Shown piece by piece: positions 9,578 to 18,137 of a DNA stretch of 64,000 bases. The notes below the pieces were generated by a model that was not told the DNA's origin, did no database searches, and saw only the letters and a program-made list of their open reading frames with translations. The stretch's first letter is position 1; every line of letters begins with the position of its first letter. A program made the translations under genes and the position numbers. The DNA is taken from the NCBI GenBank assembly GCA_937915175.1, contig CALDNA010000016.1, positions 54,956 to 118,955 on the forward strand, in the 5' to 3' direction. The DNA comes from an uncultured euryarchaeote. GTDB lineage: Archaea > Thermoplasmatota > Poseidoniia > Poseidoniales > Poseidoniaceae.

Positions 9578-10207
9578 TCAAGAATTAATTCGATCATGGA
9601 CAGCATGCATCACCAAGCGTGAACGAGCGGAGCATTCCTCCCTCATCCCAGTGGTAGCCTCTACAAGCGCCGATGACATTGATTCTGGTAATGATGAGAC
9701 GTTGATGTCTACATTGAACAGTGCCCCTTTGACGGCTGCACTCGCAAGCAACGATGCCACACCTACATCAGATGCAGCGTTCCCGTTTCCATTTCGGGCG
9801 AGGCCTTCTAAAACACCTAACAACTTCATGCCTAGTTGAGCAGTTTCCAACGGAACCTCTGCCGCTCTTAGGGTACCCGCACGGATCGCAGTGCGTCGTG
9901 TTGATTTCTCTTCTTCTGTTTCCTTTGGCATTCTAAAGGCTGCCACGACCAGATCAAAAGCATCGCTGTCTTCTTGAGCCAATGGACCCGAACGAGAAAG
10001 GACCTCGGCAGACACTTGACTTGCCACATCTGCTGCTGGCCAACCTGCGGACCATTTTTCCTTGCCGGTTGTAAGGTTGCAAACCATGGTGGTGAGGGCA
10101 GCGGCCTGGCCAAGAGCAACCGCAGCGGCAGTTCCACCACCGGGGGTGGGGTTATCCGATGCCAGAGCATCTTGGAAATCATTCAAACTCATCTCCATCC
10201 AATTCAT
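9578..10207 (-). CDS. Formimidoyltetrahydrofolate cyclodeaminase (FTCD C-terminal-like, stand-alone)
   Basis: LASDNPTPGGGTAAAVALGQAAALTTMVCNLTTGKEKW matches the cyclodeaminase/FchA family signature. The 4-nt overlap with the upstream formiminotransferase gene suggests translational coupling. Confidence 0.75.
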   Translation of the reverse strand: MNWMEMSLNDFQDALASDNPTPGGGTAAAVALGQAAALTTMVCNLTTGKEKWSAGWPAADVASQVSAEVLSRSGPLAQEDSDAFDLVVAAFRMPKETEEEKSTRRTAIRAGTLRAAEVPLETAQLGMKLLGVLEGLARNGNGNAASDVGVASLLASAAVKGALFNVDINVSSLPESMSSALVEATTGMREECSARSRLVMHAVHDRINS

Positions 10208-11268
10208 TGGCCCAACGCCTCCTTGAGTGCGTATTCAATGATTCTTTTTTCGGGATGAAATTTCTCAAGTTGATGTAGACCAAGGCCCTCAATCGCAGCT
10301 TCAACCAACGCTCGCTCCTCGGTAACACCCTCTTCGGCATACCAACGGCCTGACTCCAGCATTGCAGAAAGTGGAACGAGTCCTACCAGTTCACTACCGG
10401 GGACTTCGACCCCGTGATCTTGAGCGATGCTCTTGCATGCTTCAAATGCGACGTGCATCGGGCACTGACTCACATCCCTCAAATTCATTGACACTTGGCT
10501 CATTTGATGCGTTTCCAACGGCACACCCATGCCTTGAACGAGGGTCAGCATACCCGGGACCCTCATTTTACGCCCATCCTCCTTTTTGATAAGCCGGCCT
10601 GTTGAACGGACAAGCGATCCTACCTTGCGCGCTACGTCGGCATTCGGATCGCTCAAGTTGACGTTGTAAGCAACGAGTATCCCACGCGCACCAAAGGTGA
10701 TCGCCCCCGACTTGGCAACAACTTCGTTCCATCGGCGTGGACCGAAGTCGGGGTATCGAGTGTCGTCTTCGTGAATCGATGTGCCATCGGAAAGTCGATC
10801 TTCGAGACCCTCATACTGTCCTTTTCGAATAGTAGAAAGCAGCGTTTTTGCAGATGTGGATGCGGCTTGACCGTAGAGGAAGGTCGGGACGCTGCACGAC
10901 TTCGCCACACGTTCAGCCAATGAGGTTGCGAGTTTCGCACAATCCGTCATGGTCACACCATCAAGAGGAATGAAAGGGCACACGTCAACAGCACCAAGCC
11001 TTGGATGTTCACCTGCATGGTCGCGCATATCGATTTCCGCAATCGCCGTGCACACCAAAATGAAAGCCGCTTCAGATACTGCGGAAGGAGAACCTGCAAG
11101 GGTGATCACTGTGCGGTTGTAGTCTGCATCTGGCTCGACACCAAGAACGGCGCAACCATCTACTTGTGATGCAGCGTCGATTATGCGCTGAATTTTTTCT
11201 GAATCTCGTCCCTCGGATATGTTTGGGACACACTCCACTAAGCCTTCCATAAGCCTCGTTCCGCTCAC
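10204..11268 (-). CDS. ftcD: Glutamate formimidoyltransferase (FTCD N-terminal-like)
   Basis: Hallmark ECVPNISEGRD N-terminus. About 350 aa with two formiminotransferase subdomains. Confidence 0.8.
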   Translation of the reverse strand: MSGTRLMEGLVECVPNISEGRDSEKIQRIIDAASQVDGCAVLGVEPDADYNRTVITLAGSPSAVSEAAFILVCTAIAEIDMRDHAGEHPRLGAVDVCPFIPLDGVTMTDCAKLATSLAERVAKSCSVPTFLYGQAASTSAKTLLSTIRKGQYEGLEDRLSDGTSIHEDDTRYPDFGPRRWNEVVAKSGAITFGARGILVAYNVNLSDPNADVARKVGSLVRSTGRLIKKEDGRKMRVPGMLTLVQGMGVPLETHQMSQVSMNLRDVSQCPMHVAFEACKSIAQDHGVEVPGSELVGLVPLSAMLESGRWYAEEGVTEERALVEAAIEGLGLHQLEKFHPEKRIIEYALKEALGQ

Positions 11269-11304
11269 TCGGACTTTGAATGTTGACCGAGAATTTAGAT
11301 GAAA

Positions 11305-12543
11305 TCAACTGTAAAGTGCTTCCGGGGAGGATGTTCGCCCGCCCGTAGATTTCTTTTCGTTGAGTTTCGTCACTGCCAGCATGAGGTCATCATTGGTGAC
11401 CGAACTGCGTCCGTCACGAATGGCGATCATTCCTGCTTCCACACATGTTGCTTTCAATTCAGCACCACTGTATCCTTCTGTTTTGTCAACAATTCGCTGA
11501 ATGTTGATTCGCTTTGTCGACATAGTAGACGTGTGAAGTTTCAAAATAGCCTTCCGTCCCTTTTCATCGGGTCGGGGAATGGTTACAATTCGATCAAAAC
11601 GTCCAGGCCGCAGGAGTGCATCATCGAGGATGTCTGGTCGGTTGGTTGCGGCGATGATTTTTACATCTTCAAGTGCATCAAATCCGTCCAATTCCGCTAA
11701 GAGTTGCATCAGCGTACGTTGAACTTCGCGGTCTCCGCTGGTGGAACCGTCGAGTCGCTTTGCACCGATTGCATCGATCTCATCAAGGAAAATGATGGAC
11801 GGGGCTTTATCTTTAGCAAGGGAAAATAACTCTCGCACCATTCGCCCACCTTCTCCAATGTATTTCTGTGCCAGTTCACTGCCGACCATTCGAATGAATG
11901 TGGCATCGGTGTGATTGGCGACGGCCTTAGCAAGCAACGTCTTACCGCAGCCCGGTGGGCCAACGAGCAGGATTCCTTTTGGAGGTGTAATCCCTACCTT
12001 CTTGAACAGTTCAGGAGATGTGAGTGGTAGCTCAATAGCCTCGCGCACCGTCTGAATTTGTTCGTCGAGACCAGCAACTTCGTCGTATGTGATGTCCGGT
12101 TTGGTCACCATTTCGGCGCCGCTGACCATTGGGTCCCACGCATCGTGAAGCACCTCTATGACAGCGAGTGTGTCTTGATTGAGTGCGACGCGTGTACCAG
12201 GTTTGAGAGTTTTAGGTTCGAGCCTTTGGTTGAGGGAAACTTGGAAAACCGTTCCATTTGAAGAACGAACAATGGCTGTTCTATCGTCAAGAAGGTCTTG
12301 CAGGTGCCCGATAATAAGGGGTGGTGATTTCAGCAAACGAACTTCATCATCGAGGCGTTGTGCCCTCTTTTTCAGGCTACGAATATCAGATTCCATTTGG
12401 GAACGTTCGTTGATCAAACTCTGTGCTTGATCTTGCAATTCGGAGAAAGCATGCTCCAACGTTTTGATTTCATCCTCGGACGCAACAGATCGTGCAGGAG
12501 GCTTTTGTTCAACATCTGTACCCATGGTTCTCAACCAGTCCAA
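11305..12543 (-). CDS. pan: Proteasome-activating nucleotidase (AAA+ ATPase)
   Basis: N-terminal coiled coil, OB domain, Walker A GPPGCGKTLLAKAVA, Walker B IIFLDEIDAIG and C-terminal hydrophobic-Tyr-X motif (LYS). Confidence 0.9.
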   Translation of the reverse strand: MDWLRTMGTDVEQKPPARSVASEDEIKTLEHAFSELQDQAQSLINERSQMESDIRSLKKRAQRLDDEVRLLKSPPLIIGHLQDLLDDRTAIVRSSNGTVFQVSLNQRLEPKTLKPGTRVALNQDTLAVIEVLHDAWDPMVSGAEMVTKPDITYDEVAGLDEQIQTVREAIELPLTSPELFKKVGITPPKGILLVGPPGCGKTLLAKAVANHTDATFIRMVGSELAQKYIGEGGRMVRELFSLAKDKAPSIIFLDEIDAIGAKRLDGSTSGDREVQRTLMQLLAELDGFDALEDVKIIAATNRPDILDDALLRPGRFDRIVTIPRPDEKGRKAILKLHTSTMSTKRINIQRIVDKTEGYSGAELKATCVEAGMIAIRDGRSSVTNDDLMLAVTKLNEKKSTGGRTSSPEALYS

Positions 12544-12647
12544 ACGGCCAGTTTATTTCAACAAGACGGAGCCATCCCTTCCGAAAGGGCAAAGACGAAG
12601 CCTTCAAAGGATGTCGGCATAACCCACAGATAGGAGTTTTGATTCGA

Positions 12648-13151
12648 ATGGCAGACTGTGAATTGTGTGGCGCCATGAAGGTAGGCGTACGAAACGTGAA
12701 AACCGGAAAGACGGAAGTAACGGCATGCGCCCGTTGCATCGAAAAAATGAACCTTGGACCAAAAGAAACGGCTCCAGGTTTAGCTAAGGCCCAATCCATG
12801 CATTCGAAGCCTTCCCACGCATCTGCTTACGCGGCAAAAGGGAAGAAGGGAAAAGACATCATGCTGAAAACTGAAAAGGAATTGGCTTCTGATTTTGACA
12901 AGAGAATTTCAGCTGCACGGAAATCAAAGGGCTGGAATCATGCTACACTTGGAAAGCGAATGGCTGAAACAGTCAACATCATCAAATCAGCAGAGGCAGG
13001 AAAGCGTCCCACTGATGGAGTACTTCGTAAATTCGAGCGAGTGCTTGGTATTTCTCTATGGGTGGTTTCGACTGAAGAGACCACCACGCATGTGGATCGC
13101 AGTTCAAACCGTGGCATGACGCTAGGTGATTATTTCAATGACCAACCCTGA
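12648..13151 (+). CDS. mbf1: Archaeal multiprotein-bridging factor 1 (zinc ribbon plus Cro/C1-type HTH)
   Basis: MADCELCG...CARCIEK zinc ribbon followed by an HTH_3 region (LGKRMAETVNIIKSAEAGKRPTDGVLRKFERVLGISL). The ORF-track N-terminal extension overlaps pan on the other strand and is rejected. Confidence 0.75.
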   Translation: MADCELCGAMKVGVRNVKTGKTEVTACARCIEKMNLGPKETAPGLAKAQSMHSKPSHASAYAAKGKKGKDIMLKTEKELASDFDKRISAARKSKGWNHATLGKRMAETVNIIKSAEAGKRPTDGVLRKFERVLGISLWVVSTEETTTHVDRSSNRGMTLGDYFNDQP

Positions 13152-13713
13152 TGTTGCACCTGATGTAAGAGTTCATGCCCTTTGGCTGGCTCAAGACGAT
13201 CCCAAGAAAAATACGGCGGTCTTAGCGAATAAACGTGGCGATTTAAAACTCCACAAAAAAATCAACACATTACCGCGCAGAGGCATCATTTTGGAACCAC
13301 TTTGCGGTAAAGTGTTTGGCCCAGAAGACCATCCACTTATCCTCGAACAAGGCGGGGCAGTCGTGGGACTCGATTGCAGTTGGGCCCACATTGAATCAAG
13401 CGTACAACAGGTCATGAAACGCACCCGCTTACAACCACGCATGCTTCCCCTGCTGTTAGCAGCAAACCCCGTGAATTGGGGGAAACCAGGGCGTCTAACC
13501 ACGGCTGAAGCGTTGGCAACGGTACTCTACTTGGTTGGTCGAACAGAGCAGGCCGCACGAGTTCTTGGCGCATTCCGCTGGGGTCCCCGTTTTTTTGAAT
13601 TGAATCAAGAGCCACTGGATGCCTATGCTGCCGCCACGTCGAGCGCTGAACTCGTTGCGCTTCAGTTTGAATTCTTCGACCTTAGCCATTTGGAAGAGGG
13701 GGAAGAAGATTGA
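13126..13713 (+). CDS. tsr3: 16S rRNA aminocarboxypropyltransferase Tsr3 (DUF367)
   Basis: DDPKKNTAVLANKRGDLKL, ILEPLCGK, GLDCSWAHIE and LLAANPVNWGKPGRLTTAEALATVLYLVG align with archaeal Tsr3. Confidence 0.8.
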   Translation: MIISMTNPDVAPDVRVHALWLAQDDPKKNTAVLANKRGDLKLHKKINTLPRRGIILEPLCGKVFGPEDHPLILEQGGAVVGLDCSWAHIESSVQQVMKRTRLQPRMLPLLLAANPVNWGKPGRLTTAEALATVLYLVGRTEQAARVLGAFRWGPRFFELNQEPLDAYAAATSSAELVALQFEFFDLSHLEEGEED

Positions 13714-14510
13714 CTGAGCTTTCTTTGCCTTTTGGAATTCAACGGCTAACAACAACAGAAGCATCCATACAAACTGACGATCTTGCACATGAGGCACTCA
13801 TTCGCTTGCAAGATTCAAATGGAACTTTTGTATCCCTCCTCGGAACACCTGAAAACCTTCCATTCCTCTACATTGGCCATTGCGTGACAGAAGGCTATGG
13901 AGAAATGAACCGAATCACATTAACGACGACCACGTCAAAAGAACATGGCTATGTTGTCCATAGCACAGAGCCGCTCCCCAACCCACCTTCAACGAAGAAC
14001 GCCATGCGGTACGTCTCAACCTCATGCGGGGCTTGTGACTCGCCTGGACTTGAAGAATTGATCAGCGGATTGCCTGCATACCGGGGCGAACATCGTGAGA
14101 TCAATTTGGCCTTGTTAGAAGACGGCTTCACTGCTATGAAAAAAAAACAAGTCGGGTTTCAAACAACAGGTGGAATGCATGGGGCAGGCTTGTTGATGCC
14201 CGCGTCAGGCCTCACCTATGTGGCTGAAGACATTGGACGCCACAACGCTGTGGACAAAGTGGTTGGCATGGCTGTGGCCAACCAGTTCATCAAAGACCAA
14301 ACCATTTTGCTTTTGTCGGGACGTTGTGGATGGGATATTGTTGCAAAATCCGCCCGCGCCGGCCTTGGTACAATTGCGTGCGTGGGGGCTTGCTCCTCGT
14401 TAGCTGCTGAAACGGCAAGGGCATTGGGGATCAGAATTTTTAGTTTTGTGAAACCAAGTTCTTGTGTGGCAATTGGCGCTATTGGTGCTTCATCGAATGG
14501 CAAGCCTTGA
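13710..14510 (+). CDS. fdhD: Formate dehydrogenase accessory sulfurtransferase FdhD
   Basis: SCGACDS cysteine motif, GGMHGAGL and EDIGRHNAVDKVVG conserved blocks. Confidence 0.8.
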   Translation: MTELSLPFGIQRLTTTEASIQTDDLAHEALIRLQDSNGTFVSLLGTPENLPFLYIGHCVTEGYGEMNRITLTTTTSKEHGYVVHSTEPLPNPPSTKNAMRYVSTSCGACDSPGLEELISGLPAYRGEHREINLALLEDGFTAMKKKQVGFQTTGGMHGAGLLMPASGLTYVAEDIGRHNAVDKVVGMAVANQFIKDQTILLLSGRCGWDIVAKSARAGLGTIACVGACSSLAAETARALGIRIFSFVKPSSCVAIGAIGASSNGKP

Positions 14511-14528
14511 GAACTGCAGCCGGCCCGT

Positions 14529-16844
14529 TTGGCTTGGGGCTTGTCTATGGAGGAACACCTTTCACCGGAAACACCCAAAGATAATCTCAAACTAAGGTTG
14601 GGGAAACCAAAGAAATCAGCCGCCGGAATTCCAGCTGCATTGTCTTCAATGAGCCACGGTATCAAAAAAATGGGCCTCGTAAAAACGGTTCGAACCTTGA
14701 CAATGGTGAATCAGCAAGCGGGCTTTGATTGCCCCGGATGCGCCTGGCCCGACCCATCGCACAGAACTTCGTTTGAATTTTGTGAGAATGGAGCAAAAGC
14801 CGTGGCGGATGAGGCCATGAAGGCTAAGGTCAATCCTCAATTCTTCCAAAAATACAGCGTGAAGGAACTCACTGGAAAAAGCGATCACTGGCTGAACAAA
14901 CAAGGTCGAATCGCCCATCCAATGATTTTGAAACCCGGGGCGACGCATTACACCAAAATTTCTTGGAAGGAAGCATTCACCCACATTGGCTCAACAATCG
15001 CCAACCTGGAACAACCCGAAAAAGCTGTTTTCTACACATCGGGACGCACATCCAATGAAGCGGCATTTCTCTACCAAGCCTACGTTCGGGCCCTTGGCAC
15101 CAACAACATGCCTGATTGTTCGAACATGTGCCACGAATCCAGCGGGAAAGGCTTGGGTGAGACCATTGGCATAGGCAAAGGCACAGTCACATTGGAGGAT
15201 TTCAATGAAGCAGAGGTCATCATTGTGATTGGTCAGAACCCCGGAACAAATCACCCACGGATGCTTACGGCCTTACGCGATGCCAAGCATAACGGCGCCC
15301 AAATCATTCACATCAATCCCCTTCCCGAAGCTGGACTTGAACGGTTCAAACATCCGCAAGATTACATGAAATTAGACTTCAAAACTACAAAATTGTCCGA
15401 TCATCATTTGCAAGTGAAAATCGGAGGGGACGCAGCGTTGATGAAAGGCTTCATCAAAACTCACATCAAGAAGGGTCAGACTGATACTGCCTTCATCAAA
15501 AATTCAACACGAGGGTATGAGGCAATGTGCCAACAAGCCATCGCAACATCATGGAAGGAGATTGTGCGAGACACAGGCTTAGACCGAGAGACGATTGAAT
15601 CGGTTGGTGCGTTGCTCGCTTCTTCAAACGCAACCATCGCGTGTTGGGCAATGGGACTCACGCAACAGCCAAACGGCGTGGCAGTGATTCAAGAAGTTGT
15701 CAACCTCCTGCTGATGGGTGGCCATGTAGGTAAACCAGGTGCAGGTTTCTGTCCAGTGAGGGGTCATTCGAACGTTCAAGGTGATCGTACGGTTGGTATA
15801 TGGGAAGCACCATCAGATGCATTCCTTGACCGAATGGAAAAGGGCCTTGGATTCCCAATGCCCCGGAAACACGGTTATGATGTTGTCAACGCCATACGCG
15901 CCATGAACAAAGGTAAGGTCAGTGTGTTCTTCTGCATGGGGGGCAACTTCCTATCCGCAACACCTGATACACATCAAACAGCCAAAGGTCTTGCACAAAT
16001 TGATTTGACGGTACAAGTTTCTACAAAATTAAACCGTTCTCATCTCATCACAGGAAAAACGGCTATCATCCTTCCCTGCCTTGGTCGCACTGAACTGGAT
16101 CAACAGGCCGAAGGAGAACAATTTGTAACCGTTGAAAATTCGATGGGCATCGTTCACAAATCGACGGGCGGTCTGAAACCAGCGTCCCCCGATTTAATGA
16201 GCGAACCCGCTATAGTAGCCCATTTGGCTAGCGCATCATTGAAGGAAGCAAAATTAGATTGGATGGGCCTTGTCAGCCATTACGATGGAATCCGTAATCT
16301 GATGAGTGAAAGCCTAGCAGGTTTTGAACGGTACAATGAACGCGTACGAGAACCGAACGGATTCGCCCTGCCGAATCCTCCACGTGACACACGTTCGTTC
16401 GCCACTGAAGATGGCTTCGCCCACTTTACCGCTCACAATCTACCAGACGTCTCTGTACCCGATGGATGCTACGTTATGATGACCATGCGATCTCACGATC
16501 AGTACAACACGACCATCTATGATGTGCACGACAGGTACCGTGGTATTCACGGCAACCGCAGAGTTGTTCTCATGAACGCAACAGACATGGCAGAAAGAGG
16601 ATGGAAAAACCGACAAGAGGTCCAACTTACGAGTCACTTTGAGGGCGTAGAACGAAAATCAGCCCATTGGCAGTTGGTTGCCTATGACATCCCAAGTGGA
16701 AACATTGCCACTTACTTCCCAGAATCAAACACGCTCGTACCACTCGATTCTACCGCAGCCGGCTCCAACACGCCTACCTCGAAATGGGTCATTGTCTCAA
16801 TCGATGACAACCTCACAACCAAAAGGGTGCATGAGGAAGAATGA
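14529..16844 (+). CDS. Molybdopterin oxidoreductase, FdhF/YdeP-like formate-dehydrogenase family catalytic subunit
   Basis: 771 aa. N-terminal Cys cluster region (FDCPGCAWPD), the molybdopterin-oxidoreductase fold and a C-terminal MopB binding region. Immediately follows fdhD. Confidence 0.75.
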   Translation: MAWGLSMEEHLSPETPKDNLKLRLGKPKKSAAGIPAALSSMSHGIKKMGLVKTVRTLTMVNQQAGFDCPGCAWPDPSHRTSFEFCENGAKAVADEAMKAKVNPQFFQKYSVKELTGKSDHWLNKQGRIAHPMILKPGATHYTKISWKEAFTHIGSTIANLEQPEKAVFYTSGRTSNEAAFLYQAYVRALGTNNMPDCSNMCHESSGKGLGETIGIGKGTVTLEDFNEAEVIIVIGQNPGTNHPRMLTALRDAKHNGAQIIHINPLPEAGLERFKHPQDYMKLDFKTTKLSDHHLQVKIGGDAALMKGFIKTHIKKGQTDTAFIKNSTRGYEAMCQQAIATSWKEIVRDTGLDRETIESVGALLASSNATIACWAMGLTQQPNGVAVIQEVVNLLLMGGHVGKPGAGFCPVRGHSNVQGDRTVGIWEAPSDAFLDRMEKGLGFPMPRKHGYDVVNAIRAMNKGKVSVFFCMGGNFLSATPDTHQTAKGLAQIDLTVQVSTKLNRSHLITGKTAIILPCLGRTELDQQAEGEQFVTVENSMGIVHKSTGGLKPASPDLMSEPAIVAHLASASLKEAKLDWMGLVSHYDGIRNLMSESLAGFERYNERVREPNGFALPNPPRDTRSFATEDGFAHFTAHNLPDVSVPDGCYVMMTMRSHDQYNTTIYDVHDRYRGIHGNRRVVLMNATDMAERGWKNRQEVQLTSHFEGVERKSAHWQLVAYDIPSGNIATYFPESNTLVPLDSTAAGSNTPTSKWVIVSIDDNLTTKRVHEEE

Positions 16845-18082
16845 AGCAAATCGGTTACCTCGAATTGATTCGGACCAACCACGCATTCAGGCGTCTTTGG
16901 TCGGCATCTGTCATCTCGATGCTGGGTGAATGGTTCAACACCATTGCTTTGTTCTTAATTATCTTCGAATACACCGATTCAGAATTCCTTCTCGGGTTGT
17001 TGTTTACCATGCGGATGCTTTGTTTTGCAGCCTTTCAGCCGTTTGGAGGCTTGCTTGCCGATCGATTCAACCGCAAGGTCATCATGGTTTGGACAAACCT
17101 GATTCAAGTTGTATTAGCGCTCTGTTTCTTGTTGATCGATGGCCCAGAGGACATCGTATGGATTTACATTCTCACCGGTTTGATGATGGTCCTCCACGGC
17201 ATGTATGTGACCGCTGAACGTGCTGCTCTCCCGAACATCGTTCCACCTGAGCACTTAGCGACGGCAAACGCACTTGATGCTGCAAGCTGGTCGACAGCAT
17301 TGTGCATTGGCGCCATGATGGGCGGCATTGTTGTGGAGTTCTACGGGACGAACGCCGCATTCATCATCGATGCTGTGACCTTTGCCTTCAGTGCTTTTTT
17401 ACTGAGGAAATTGACCATCCCGCAAAAGATAGACGAAAGCATGAAAGGTCCACTTTTCTCCACCGCCATATCCAACATACGCAATGGTTGGGCACGTATT
17501 GCAAGGGAAAAGCGACTCCAGCGCATCGTCTTTGCTAAATCCTCTTGGAACATCGCAGGAGGAGGTTTGGCGGGTGTTTTCTTGGTTGTCGCTGGTTCAG
17601 ATGTTGATGGGTTTGGAATGGCGCTTGGGTTTGGAATCTTCTTCTTTGCAAGAGGCGTAGGGACTGGGCTAGGACCCATTGCAGCAAGGAAATTCCTTAC
17701 CAATGAAGAACGGTGGCCCACACTGGTTGGGGTATTGGTCATGGTTTCAGGGGCTTTTTACTTCCTTGTTGGCCTCACCCTCGATCATTCATTGTACCTC
17801 ACCATGGCGCTGGTCATGTTGGCGCACTCTGCATCAGGAGCCAATTGGGTCCTCTCGACCATTCTCACACAACAATGGGTCGAGGATGAGGTGAGAGGGC
17901 GTGTATTTTCGATGGATATGTTGCTCATGTCGATTGCCTTTTCCATCTCCAGCGCTGCTGCTGGCTACCTCCTCGAACATGATTTCTTTACACTGCGGAA
18001 TGGTTTCCTGATATTCTCAGTCATCATGATGATCTCAGGCGCCTTTTTCAGCATGTGGCGCGCCGAACCCGCACGAGCATGA
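16841..18082 (+). CDS. MFS-family transporter
   Basis: About 12 predicted TM segments, GxLaDRfGRK-like motif (GGLLADRFNRKVIM) between TM2 and TM3. Confidence 0.7.
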   Translation: MKQIGYLELIRTNHAFRRLWSASVISMLGEWFNTIALFLIIFEYTDSEFLLGLLFTMRMLCFAAFQPFGGLLADRFNRKVIMVWTNLIQVVLALCFLLIDGPEDIVWIYILTGLMMVLHGMYVTAERAALPNIVPPEHLATANALDAASWSTALCIGAMMGGIVVEFYGTNAAFIIDAVTFAFSAFLLRKLTIPQKIDESMKGPLFSTAISNIRNGWARIAREKRLQRIVFAKSSWNIAGGGLAGVFLVVAGSDVDGFGMALGFGIFFFARGVGTGLGPIAARKFLTNEERWPTLVGVLVMVSGAFYFLVGLTLDHSLYLTMALVMLAHSASGANWVLSTILTQQWVEDEVRGRVFSMDMLLMSIAFSISSAAAGYLLEHDFFTLRNGFLIFSVIMMISGAFFSMWRAEPARA

Positions 18083-18137
18083 AGACACGACCTCACTCAA
18101 TACGAACGCTCAAGGATGGGTTCTGTTTGGTGAGAAC

